Shown in pieces: positions 14,224-27,216 of a stretch of DNA of 64,000 nt. The stretch comes from Rotaria socialis (lineage: Eukaryota). The notes beneath the pieces are model-generated. The model searched no databases. It was not told the DNA's origin and saw only the letters and a list, made by a program, of their open reading frames with translations. Each line of letters begins with the position of its first letter. The stretch's first letter is position 1. The stretch lies in NCBI GenBank assembly GCA_905331295.1, contig CAJNYD010000449.1, positions 186,001 to 250,000 on the forward strand, given 5' to 3'. Made by a program: the position numbers and the translations under genes.

Positions 14224-16517
14224 ATGGCTATGAAAAATAACATCGATTCCAACGTTGTAACTACGGAAAGAAAATCACCTGATGGTGGTTGGGGATGGGT
14301 TATTGTTTTTTCATCGTTCATGATTCATTTCATTATGGATGGGTAAATAAAGATTCTTCTAATTTATTTGAAAATTTTCTCTATGTATTTATAACTAAAA
14401 CTAAATAGGATTACATATTCGATGGGTGACATATATTTACATCCAATGATGGAAGTGCTTGGACGTAATCGAGGTACAGTTTCATTTATTTTTGGTATGT
14501 TACCAGCTATTACACTCGGTTCAGGTCAAGTATTTTAATTTTAGTAGGAAAGTTTTATTCGAATGTTTTGTTGTGTTTTGTAGGACTCTTTGCAACAGTA
14601 CTTATAAACAGGCATGGATGTCGCAAAATGACCATCATTGGCTCATGTTTAGCTGCTATGGGATTTTTGGCAAGTTCATTTTTTGCTAATATCTGGTTTT
14701 ATTACTTTGCTATTGGTATTGTTGCAGGTATGTGTATTGAATGTTATTTTTGTTTATTTTCATTTCATTAATCAATATATGCAACTAGGTTTTGGTTTTG
14801 GACTTATTTACTTAGCAGCTATTGCTTCAATAAATTTTTATTTCGACAAAAAAATTTCTCGCGCATTGGGAATTGCTGTTTGTGGCTCAGGTTTAGGTAC
14901 AATGGCATTTCCTTGGATTATGCCATATATCATTAATTATCCTATGTGGTTTGATGTACATGGTGGTCTCTTGAATGAATCAGCTATCATCTTTATGTGT
15001 GTAGTTTTTGGAATGTTGATGGTAATCATATCGGATTTTTTCACTAGCCATGCATATGAAATATTGCCTTTGTATATTTAGATTCCCTTACCAAAAGAAC
15101 CTAGTGAAATAAGACGGGTTGAAAATAAAGCAAAAACTGCAGCTAAGCGGCAAGCAAAAAAACCAATTAAAAATGTCAATATTATGGTTGATACCAACGA
15201 ACAACATTCTCAATTGCTGACGAACCAAGAGAGGTTTGTAATATGAATTATATTGATTATAATTTTATGTATATTGATTAGTTCAAACACAGTTTGAATC
15301 TTTTTTCGTTTAATAGAGATTTGTTGTATTGATAATTGAATAATCTTTTTAAATGTCTTGATTTCGATGAAAAATTCTATATAGATAAATGATTTCTCTT
15401 ATGTTTACAGCAGCATACCATCCACAGAGATAAGTGAATTACATTTGGGCCATTCCAAGAAGCAACGACAGCAACCATCCACTGATTATGTATCTGTTCG
15501 AGATAGCAAACAAAATAACCTAGCCAATGGATATGATAAAGTTCATAATCATCAAACGATAGTTCCTGACTCGGCCGATGATGAATCTTTTAAAATGACT
15601 ACTAAAGATCTAGAATTACTTGAAAATGATGATGCTACTGGTGAAGATCATGAAAAAATAATTATAACAAATGACAAAGCTATAGGTCAAGTCACTGCAT
15701 CAAACGAGGAAAAGACAACTAACAGTTCAAAGCAATCATTTATTCATGAGCTTAGCAATGAAATCGATATTAAGCTTTTAAAAGATCATGCATTTGTTCT
15801 ATTTATTATATCAAACTTTCTTACTAGCCTTGGTTTTAATATTCCATATAATTTCGCTAATGATCTAGCTATTGATGCAAAAGTTGGAGAACATCGTAGA
15901 CATTGGATCATTATGTCTATTGGATTTGGTAATTGTATTGGTCGTATTATTATCGGAGTTTTAGGTGATTTTAAACGGGTAAAAAATTCTTTTTCTTTGT
16001 CAAACAAAATCTATTGTTCTTAGCTTCTTGTTTTATTAGATAAATCGTTTAAATTTATATAATATAGTATTAATTTTGGCTGGCATAGCTACGATGACTG
16101 CACCACTTTGTGGTTCAATTGTTTATTCACATATGGCGTATGCCTTTGTTTTCGGATTTTTTTCTGGGGGTTACGTTGGTTTAACAACAGTCATTGTTAA
16201 GGATTTAGTTGGTGAAAACAAAGTATTACCTGCACTCGGAATAATTTATTCATTTCAAGGTTTGGCTACTGCTATTGGTACACCGATTGTGGGTAAGAAG
16301 AAAAATTATTCTTGTGCTTAGATATGTTTTCTTATATTATAAAGGAACCATGCGTGATTATCCTTTGAATCCTTTGCAACCATATCTTTGGCCTTATATC
16401 ATATTTGGCAGTTCAATTATACTAAGCGGCATAATCTTATTTGCTATACCCAAATTGAAACGGCGACAAGAAAGTAATAAAAAAAAGCCCCAAGATTCAA
16501 ATGAGTATGAATCTTAA
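14224..16517 (+). CDS. Monocarboxylate transporter family (SLC16) MFS protein
   Basis: N-terminal signature [23 protein letters not shown], plus [20 protein letters not shown], a long central loop, [11 protein letters not shown] and [19 protein letters not shown]. About ten exons joined by short introns. Confidence 0.92.
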
Positions 16518-17345
16518 ATCATAAAAGAGCCTACCTACCCAAGAATAATTATTACAACTCTAAATTATTTTCAATTTTTGTTGTTATCAGTCTGCACGAT
16601 AGAGAATCTAATATTCAGCCTTACCTTATTCTTTAAAAATAAAAATCAAGATTACATAAAAATAATATGTAGACATCAGACATCTTTATGATACTCTTTT
16701 CTTTCTTTAAATTTTATTTTGAGCATGAACTTCGTAGTTTATACTCTCTCTCTTACATTCGCTTTTCCTATAACAAAAACAACAAAACTCTGTTGAGATA
16801 TTTTTGTTATTCATTCCTTTTTCTCGTTGGGCTCGTTAAGTTTTTTTTCTTTGTTATGGTGGAAAGATAAGAAATGCACCCTTAAAAAAGTCTCATGACA
16901 TTTACAATAATTTCATTTATTTTATTTTTACCGTTTCATCAAAAACAGAGACATCAAAAGAATTCAAGAGTAGGAAGTAATACTTTGTCAAGTTTTTCAT
17001 GATAATCATCGTTTCGATTTGAGCCTGCGAATGATTTATTTTCTTTTTCTATACACCATCACACAGAAGAAGAAAAGGATCTGAGTATGGTGTCTGTTGG
17101 CTCACAATGACAACGATTTTATAGAACGAGAAAAACATACATACAATTATTGCATGTGCGTTTCGTTACGTTTTGGGGGGCTTTCTCTTTCGTTTTTTCT
17201 TCTATTCTAACTTGTTAACCCTTTCTCGTTTGATTATTCACGTTGGTGGCATAATATTTATTGTCGGCTTCATATATATACGTATTTTAGATATAGCTAA
17301 ACAGTAATGCTTATACTTGACTATTAAATTTGAAATATTCTTCAA

Positions 17346-18251
17346 ATGCCACCACCACCTCCTGCTCCTCCTCCTCCTCCGCCGCCACCACCACCACCAC
17401 CACCACCATCCTTCTCGGCACCGCCTATGGCAGGTGGCGCCGATCGAAATGGTCTTCTTGGCGCAATTGGTACCTTCAACAAGGGTGGCCTGAAAAAAGC
17501 AGTAACTAATGACCGAAGTGCTCCGATTATTGGAGGCTCAGCCAACAACAATAGCAATGCTAGCAATAGGACCAATTCATCGTCTGCTGCACCAGTTTCA
17601 TCTGGAAATCGAATGAATTCAAATGAAAGACCCAATGCTGTTCCTGGCTCATTTAACATCACTGCGGATCTGCTCAATAGACCCCTAAAACAAACTGGCG
17701 CTAGTGGTGGATCAGCATCTTCAGGTCAAAAAAATGTAAAATCACCGATTCCACAATTTGCTTCTCCTAGTGGCTCTCCTACAGTACATAAAATTAAATC
17801 AGTGTCCACACCGCAAATACTGCATATATTATCATCGACTTCCATATTATTATTATGATTATTATTATCCTCCTCCTCCTCCTCCTCCTCTTCCTGATCC
17901 ACATTATNAATCAAAAGATAAATGTGAGTTTGATTTTTCTCGAGAATTCAACAAAGTTTTTAGATATTTAACCCGATGATGCATCAAAATGTTTCTAATT
18001 CTACGACACCACCTCCACCACCCCCTCCACCTAGAGGTGTGATATCAAATAATCAGGGAGGTACAATACGTCGACCACCACCAGCCGTATCTGACTTCTT
18101 AGATAACACTCTTCCTGAACGTCGTCATGATCAGTGGAATACAGCTGCACTTGATTATGATCGTAATTTTGAAAATCGCTTTCGATTTACTCCAATTGAA
18201 CATCTTCCACCGCCTGGTTTATGGAAATCATTATCATCAACGAAAACATAG
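17346..18251 (+). CDS. WIP: WASP-interacting protein / verprolin family
   Basis: N-terminal polyproline followed by a WH2 domain (DRNGLLGAIGTFNKGGLKKAVTNDRSAP). C-terminal WASP-binding motif FENRFRFTPIEHLPPP. The last exon starts in phase 0 at 17964. Internal splicing is ambiguous because of an N at 17908. Confidence 0.88.
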
Positions 18252-18887
18252 ATCAAAGCAATTCTTTATTAAAACTAAATATCTAAAAACTTTGTTGAAT
18301 TCTCGAGAAAAATCAAACTCACATTTATCTTTTGATTTCTTTCTCGAGGTTTCCTTCAAAAAAACATTAAGAGAAAATATACTGATCAGCTTTTTCTTAC
18401 CATCTTGTATTTATTAATCATTACATTATTTTTTTTTCTGAGCTGGTTTTTTAATTTTGATTTTTTTTCTCTTACTTATTCTAATGTGTACAGAAAAAAA
18501 ACAACATATGACGAAGAAAATTAAAAAACAAACAATGATACTATTTACATATTCGCCTCATAAATATTGAAAGTCGCGTAAGTATATTAAGTTTTAGTTT
18601 GATTTAGTTCGGTTGAAAGAAATTTCTGATTATTCACAAGCTTCAAGTTAAAATTTCATAAGATCTCTCTAAACGATATTGAACGGTACGATATTCTTTG
18701 AAGTTCAATGAATATATTTTTTGTTTTTATAATAAACAGATTTATTTATTTTTTCATGACAATAGTTTTGTAATGATATTTCAAATGTACTGAGATCAAT
18801 CTCTATATATATGTAATGATGTAAATTTACACGCAATATGAATGGAATCATTTTTCAACACTGAAAAGGAAAAACTAAAGCATGGTA

Positions 18888-19653
18888 TTATTCTTTTTCT
18901 TGCTCTTGATAGGTATCTAATTGTATATGATGACAAATCTGTTCATCTTGTGGTACATAAATATGTTCAATAGGAACACGAAGTTTATCAAGTTGATCTT
19001 TCGGTAAAACAGCATTATTATATTGAGTTTGAACAAATGGAGTTATATCGACGATACGTATGATATCACGACCATCAAGAAAACTGTCAATTTTTTTCAG
19101 ACCTAATTGAATAGCACGACGTCCACTGACTGATCCGCCATGTGGATGATGATCAGGATCCCATTGTAAGCGGATCAATCCTTCATGAGCGTTATGTTTC
19201 GAACTTTGTTCATTTTCCTCAGGTAGACCTTTACGTGAACTATGTACAGCTTGAGCTAAATAACTATCAAATGCTGAACGTCGAAGCCATATCGCTAAAA
19301 TATGGTGTTGCCGCGATGACGATGCCCATTGAGATCGATACATCATCCAAAGAAAATTTGTTTTAATCCCTAAAATAATATTTTTTAATTTATTTATAAA
19401 AGAAAACTCTAATTGTAACTAATATCATACATGTCATACGTTGTTGGTTGTAACCTGGAGAGCCTATGAAACAATTATTTTCACAAGCAAACTTAGCAAT
19501 ATCTGGATTAAATGCTTGATAGACTATGATTGATTCATCATCGAAGGAACCTAATATCCATCTACCTTGTACATCACCTTTACTAACTGGCCATCGACGT
19601 TTAGCATCAGTATATAATTCTGTTGTATTTTCATATTTACTTAACCAATCCAT
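18888..19653 (-). CDS. DUF4291 domain protein
   Basis: Two exons joined by an intron at 19370..19430 restore IIVYQAFNPDIA...RMTWIKTNFLWMMYRSQWA...IRLQWDPDHHPHG...RRAIQLGL. I recognise these as the hallmark DUF4291 motifs. Confidence 0.88.
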
Positions 19654-20183
19654 TGAATTCGATGGTCTTTTCTTTAAACAAAAAAAACCAAACTAATAAT
19701 ATTTTTTTTTTTACTATGAAACATATCTATGAGAACACCTATAAATAGCATTTGCAAAGATTGATTCATAGTGATGCAATAACATGTGAGTGTTTTGCAA
19801 GAAAAATATGTCGATTAGAAAGATATGTATACGGTGTCATACAATAATTTATGTAATCAAATTGATGAATGTCACGATTTTTTGAATAAAAGGTGGATCC
19901 TAACAAAATTCTGTCAATACTTATGTTCATATAATCAATTTCAATTCAAATGAAAAACACATTATATAAATCGCAGCGAAATGTTTTCAAACAAAATATA
20001 ATTGATAATATGCTACCATCATTGACTTGGCCGGAATTTAGCTGGGCGGCGCCTTAACGATTTTTCAAGAAAGTTGTCTTTAGTTGTGTATAATGTTTCA
20101 TTTTTAAAAAGTCATTTTTTTTTTATATAACCGGTGGTTGGGTGGTGCCCAATCATATTCTACTCTATTTACACTACTGCTTA

Positions 20184-21322
20184 TAACGGATGCGGCAGGA
20201 TAAATTGCGGTCCAGTATTTTCGCGACATCTCCCTTATTTCTCATCCGATCCGATCTTTTTTTAAATGTGCGCCGTCTATAGCTCTACAAATCCCCATAT
20301 TTCATCTAAACATCCAAAATAAATATAGATTTTCCAAAGATGAAAAGCAAAGACCATCAAAAGGTGGTACTTTCAAAGTACCAAAAGGTAATACTCCGAA
20401 ACAAATTTATCATGATTTAAACGGTGGGCTCGGTTTAAGAACAATCAAAAGATGGTATCAAATGATCCGACGGTCAGGTACTATCACATTATCAAAACTA
20501 CCAGGTGGTCCTCGTTTGGCTCGAACAAAGGAGAACATTCAAAATGTAAAGAACCGGTTACGCCGAAAAAAAGGTGTCAGCTCAAAAAATATCGATGAAG
20601 CCTGACATATCCGAGAGAAGTGTTCGGTGAATAATGAAAAACGATTTAAGGTTATATCCTTATAAAAAAAAGTAATCGAACGATTGATTTCCGATGATCA
20701 AAAGCTCAAATGGAAACAATTTGCAAATTGGGTTTGAACAAGTTTGACTCGGTGCCTGTTCCAAGGATCTCACACCCTTGGCAATCTTGGATGAAGGAAC
20801 AGTCGATCACACTGTTTATATCGAAAAAGTGCGTCCTGTTACTTTAAAATATGGGAATCAATTTTTCGGTAGCAACTGGGTCTTTCAACAGGATGGTGCC
20901 AAGCCTCAGTCGCATCATTTATCACAAAAAGGGTGTCGAGACAATTTTCCAACAGTTATTGAGAAAAACAGATGGCCACCACATAGTCCAGATTTAAACC
21001 CACTGCACTATTCAATTTGGATTCAGCTGGTCAAAAACATCAAGTGGAACAAAGTCTACTCAAAAAAAGCACTGATTCAAGAATTAAAATCGTCGGTTAA
21101 AAAATTTTTGAACCTGTTGTTGCTGACAGTTGTGTGTGTTGGATCAATCGACTGTATCGTCTTTATCAAAATGATGAAAATTATTTGCGTTAATAAAAAT
21201 AGTATCATTTTGTAGAACTTTGAAAGACAATTCTTTTGAAAAAAAGGGAACTAAATCGGACCAAGATTAAGGGAGATATCGGCAAAATACTGAGACCGCC
21301 ATTTATCCTGCCGCACCCGTTA
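20184..21322 (+). mobile_element. Decayed Tc1/mariner DNA transposon, DD37D (maT) type
   Basis: Imperfect TIRs of about 80 bp: left TAACGGATGCGGCAGGATAAATTGCGGTC..., and the right end reverse-complements to TAACGGGTGCGGCAGGATAAATGGCGGTC.... TA on both flanks. The transposase from ATG 20340 has frameshifts, stops and an internal deletion. In FQQDGAKP...WPPHSPDLNPLHYSIW there are 37 residues between the second D and the third catalytic position, which is now H. Confidence 0.9.
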
Positions 21323-22767
21323 TAATCTATTAGTGTAATGAGTTTACATACAGATAATATACAATGCTGATAAAAAGATAATGAGTCTATTTGTTGGTCG
21401 ATTGTTGAAAGCTTCTACAACTTTTCTTACAGCATCTATGAATAGAAATAAAAATGCTGGTTTTGATTATATTCTTTGTATTGTATGCCATTGAGAACGA
21501 TAAGTATGCAATTTGCTCGATGTCTTTATTTAGAAAAAAAAACAATTGATTGCGTTGATTAGTTCACGAAGAAAAATTATGGAAGTTGAAATAATTGAGA
21601 TTTAATTCAGTCAGTACTTTAAAAATTGCAACCTTTTATTGTTACTTGCATTGCTGTAAGAGAATATGAATATTTAATCTAATTATCAAAAAGTACAGTT
21701 GTAAATCTTGACAATTTTCAGAATAAACTTTGGTCTCTTGAATATAAATGTTTTTCTGTAGAACTGGAGCATACATTGAATTTTTCACGTGTTGACCAAT
21801 GACAACCTAATACACTGATAGGTATTCTCATACTAATTGTGTATGATAATATTTGCTACATAGACGAACAATAATGAATACAAGGACGAATGATTATGAG
21901 GTAAATAAAAAAAGGAAGTATGAACATAAACATATGCAAAACAATAATCGATAGATAACTTTGATTGATAGCCACCAATCGTACCTTTATGCATGAGTGA
22001 TTTCCTCCACATCTTTCATTAAATTTATCATATTATCGTAAAAGTGTAACATGCTTACTTTTACTTCTATTTCTTGCTATCACGCCTACGTAATTTTAAA
22101 AGAAATTTATGGTTACATCCCTTCCCAAGTAGCTCCAGCCTATTCCGATAATTTATCCGTCATACAAATGTCATCCTGGTTATTTATTTGCAATGATATT
22201 CATCACTAACTAATGTGATAAAATCTTCCAACTAAATCATAGTAGCCAACATTTACTTTTCCGTTAGGAGTGGTGTCAATTAAGTTGGGATAAATATTAA
22301 TCATTGTCTAGGAAGTATATGCTGATACAACAGTATATAAACAGTTAAAATCTGATATCCTTTGAATCATTTTCAACGTCTTCTCAGTAGCAAAACAAAA
22401 AGAAATAATGCAAGTGTGCCGCCGCTGCTGCTGCTGCTGTATTGTATGTGTACGAGGACCAAATGGTGCCGATTGGTGCCCTGTCTTTACTGTTATCCAG
22501 TAGTAATTCCTTAATTTGATGGTCGAACCAAGGCTGACGTAACAACAATATTGTTTATTTCAGCATAGAAATTTTTTAATTTCTGCTGGCGGAGATGATG
22601 GAAATCTTTCTAATTCTACCCATTTTTACAATGATCAACATCAATACCTTCCAATTCAACAATGCACTTTATTTCCAACTTAGATAGTTTACACTAACCT
22701 TAGTTCCAATATACCTTACAACTGTTTACAGGTCAATAACTAATCCACAAAAACAAGTGCATGCAAT

Positions 22768-23701
22768 TAACGAGTAGTGCGAAAGTTTCTGGACCAAATA
22801 TTCGCTGATTTTCTGACCACCTGCGAGAGTCAGCCGAATTTGTAAAACATTGTGTTAGAATTAGCATTTTGTGCTCTCTTAGAATCTATATTCAAAATTT
22901 TTATCGGACATTCAGAGTAGAAACTGTGCTTAAATTTTGAAAGGTCCGAAAAAAGGCTTTTGACAAAACTATGTATATTAACGAATCTAGAGACAGAATA
23001 TTCGATCGTGCCCGGTGTGAAATTGATTATATGATGTTTTTTGTTTTTCTGTCTCAACATTCCCTTATCTTCTACTTAAAGACAGCAAGCATAACGTGGT
23101 CCCAGATTCTTGTGCTAAGCCGCATCGAAGTTTGCAGTTTTTGTTTTACTCAATACATAGGTTGTATACGTTCTCCTCAGTGGTAAGTGCCTTATTGAAT
23201 ATTATCTGCTGACTGTTGTCAACGATATGAATAGCAAGATAGTCTCCTACAAAATGAACTTACAATTGACTGCCTTCCGCTAATTTTACAGAAATTATGG
23301 AACAAGTTCTAACATGTGAAAAGCCAATAAGCTCTGGAAATATAATTGAATCTGTTAGTAAGACTCTTACTATTCTTAGAAGCCTCAAAGACAACCTTTT
23401 ATTAGAGCACCGTTCTATAAGGAGATCTTTGTTGTACACTTTGCAACATGCAGAATAATCTTTTGTATCAATCTTGGATTACATTTTTGGGGTTGAAAGT
23501 TGTCCAAACGCCATTGTCGCGTCTTTCAAAAACTTAAGCACAATATCTACTCTGAATGTCCGACCAAGATTTTGAACACAGATTCTGAGAGAGAGCACGA
23601 AGTGCTAATCCTAGCACAGTGTTTTACAAATTCGGCTGACTCTCTCAAGTGGTCAGAAAATTAACTAATATTTTATCCAAAAACTTTCGCACCACCCATT
23701 A
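22768..23701. mobile_element. Non-autonomous long-TIR element (MITE/foldback, Tc1/mariner-like TA ends)
   Basis: 22768..~22944 is the imperfect reverse complement of ~23523..23701 (for example GAGAGTCAGCCGAATTTGTAAAACA against TGTTTTACAAATTCGGCTGACTCTC). Both ends are TA. No intact transposase inside. Confidence 0.88.
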
Positions 23702-26700
23702 TTATGATCAACCAGTCCATATCTGCCCATAATGAACATAATTATTAATTAATCGATATTGCATATTATTCACGTCATGATTCCAGAAAAAAGAAACTAT
23801 CAAATAGAAGATATAACTTCTATCGCTGCGCTTAGATTTTTTAATGTCTACATTGATGTGTTTCGTTTTCATTCTATTTAAGTTTCTATTAAATGTGCAT
23901 AGTACTACCAGCTGTTTCTTGAATAGTTATAAATTTCACAACAAACAAAAAATCAAAACTTTGCATTTTATTCATAAATTAAATAATAGTAGATTCAAGT
24001 GTCATGTTTGACGTTCACTTGTGATAGAAAAAAATAAAACTGATTTCTTAAATACATTCATAAGGTTTATATATCATCGTTTTGAACTTTTCATCTACAT
24101 CATTTTCCTATTAAAGACATTTAGTTGTATCGATTAGATTCGTTCTAAAAACTATTTGAAATAGATTTCAACTATCCTAGAAAGATATTTTAATTTGTTT
24201 ATTTTCAAAATAACCGTCTTAATAAATGTGTCAATAGTTGAAAAACTTCATTAAAAGATATGTTTTTTTCTTGCAATCGTTATGGCACAATCACTAGATT
24301 TCGTTTAGTGTGATTATTAACATAGATCTAAGAGAAACGAATATTAACTCCGATTCACATTGAAACCTATAATGATGCATGATCTATCAGTTAACACATT
24401 CAGAGATACATAATATTTTCTAGATAGTTAATTTGTTAAAAATCAAAATATTTGGAATTGATTTAAAAAACTTCATTTCTTTTTCTTCCAATCTATGCTA
24501 AAATAAATTTCTGATATGAAGAAAATCCTTTTGTATTAAGTATAATGGCTCGTAAGATATTCTTTTGAAGAAAAAAAACGGCAAAGAGAAGACTGACGAC
24601 GAGAATAACGATTTAAAATGGGCAAATATTGATTTAGCCAGCCAAACAATGATGAGATGAGTTGATGCTGGCCACCTCACACTTCTTCTTCTCCTTCTTC
24701 TTCTTCTTCTTCTTTTCATCATCATCATCACCATCATCGTAGTCTTTTATTTGGATGCATACATCGGCATAGTAGACAAACACGCCACTAACATCATTAT
24801 TGGTAGTAATAGAGCAAGTAGTTCAAGTGAGTTTTTTGTGTGTGCATATGTATGATTGATTTTCGTTCGTCTATAGCCAATATTGACAATCATCCTATGA
24901 TTCTTCCATCTTTTTTTTTCATTAATTTGCTCAATAGACATTAGTTCCTCAAAATTTTATCAAGCATGTTCGAGTATTTACTGTCTTCATTCAATTTTTA
25001 AGAATCATTTGCAATATGTTTGATAATAGGAGCCTTATGTTCATCTTCAATACAGTGAGTGTATCTCTTGGCAATAAAAGGAAAAAGAAGCCAACAAATA
25101 ATTAGGCTATTGACGCCAATTGTAGACGAATCGTTGAAAGAACTTTCGAATATGTCTTGTACTTCTATCTTAATTTCATATCCGATTTTTTTTCTAATGA
25201 AAAACATTTTTTCTTGATTTCATAAAATTTAATCGATTGCAGAGGCTAATGTTGCTTAGTTTCAGTTTTCTCATTACAAAAACGGACATCAATATTTGCT
25301 CGTTTTTTTAGCCTTTTTTCATTTCAACCTTTCATATTCAATATGTTGACCATTTCGCATGTATATTCTAATGAAAAAGAGTGTCAGCTCGAAAAGTAAA
25401 TATATCCGAACAGACAAACCATGAGACTGCTTGACTGACTAGTGTCTAACATATATGTGTGCTTGCCAACTTGTAACACGCATATTTTATTATTTTTTAT
25501 GATGACCGTAGTGCCAGTAAAAGGACTGTACATAAACCATCTGCATGTTTACTTAACCCGAAATGAAAAGAATAGAATTAAAACTACTAGTATGTCGTTA
25601 AAACAAAACACAGTATTTTGTCTCTCTGTCTCTCTCTCTCTCTCTCTGTCTGTCTTATAATCTTTAGAATAAAGTAAAAGAATAAAAAGAGAGAAACGAC
25701 TCGACGTTATTCTTGTGTACATAGTTTTTAAAAGACATACTGCGGTGCGCACTCACGAAAGCGAATATGTATGCCTGTATGTGCATGTGTGCGTGAGAGA
25801 GAGAGAGAGAAAATGAGAATAAGAGAGAAAATGTTTGTTCAATATTTATTTACTGCAACTTCAATTAGTAAATATAGAATGAGAAGCAAGTATGCATAAA
25901 TGAGAATAAGAACAGAAGTAGAAGACGACAATTCTTGTTGTTCGACATGCTAACATTATACACACACACACATTTATATATATATATATATATATGTACA
26001 TTTGCTGATTAATCGTACGATCAAAATACAACAAAATTTAGTTTTGGTGAGTGTTAAAAATAAAATAGTAGAAAACATCATTGGTTAATTTATTTCTTTG
26101 AAAATCATTTCTTTTAATCGTGTGCGATTTTTATAGTTTTCATAACGTTTATTCACAGAGTTCTGATGATCAAACGAAATATTTTTTGTTTTTTTGTCTA
26201 TCCTATATGTGAGATGCCGTTAACAGAAGAACACAGAAGACAATTGCACCTACTCTCGATAAAGCTCATATACACATATACTCAGTTAATTTTGCTGTCT
26301 GATTAATATATATATATCCTTTTTGATGTTCATACTCATTTTCTCAAAGAAAAAATCATTTCTATCAACAATAACAAAAATATTCCAAGTCACACACATA
26401 CCTTTTGTATCATCAGAGAATTTCATTGAAAAAAGAAGAAAACTGATGATTTAAAGTCGCAAAGAAAACATTGAAATGATGACGATGATGTGTCGCTCTC
26501 ATCATCTAATCAGTCAAACGCTTCAAAGGAATATATAAAAAAAAAAGAAAGCTTGACTGTGAATGAAAAGTAAATATAGATTTGGATTGGTATTGAAACG
26601 ATGGGATAGAAAAACACACTAGATGTCGGCATTATTCACTCTCTGGATTCTACTTGTTTTCTTTCAATCTATCATCAATAGTGTCTCTTTTTTTATCCTC

Positions 26701-27216
26701 CTTGATGGATTAACCTTTGATACTCTCGATCTCTAATTGTTCATCCGACTATTGACTACAAATGACGAGACATACAATTTTTTATTGATCAACTTATTCG
26801 TTGGGATTTCTGTTTTTAACCAATTGACCTTGTTCTTCCACATTTGGTGGTCATCCGGAAATCGATCAATTGGCGAAAGGATGATAAAAAGAAAAGAAAG
26901 AAACAAACGGGAAGAAAAAAAATATCTATATCTATATCTATCTATATATATATTTACGGTCAGCCAATCGGCTCTTCACCACTCCAATTATACTCGTGCT
27001 TTTCCCTTTTTTTTTCTTCTTCTTCTTCTTCTTCTTGTCACCCACATTTTTCTCTTTTCTTCTTCCTTCTGCTGCGTCTCTTACAAACATTGCATTGACA
27101 CATTAAGTTCTGCGCACAACACATACACACACAGACACGACACGAGTAGAGACTCTATAAAAAATATATTAAAAAAAAACAATAAGGATTTAAAATGATG
27201 ACATAAAATCAAAAAG

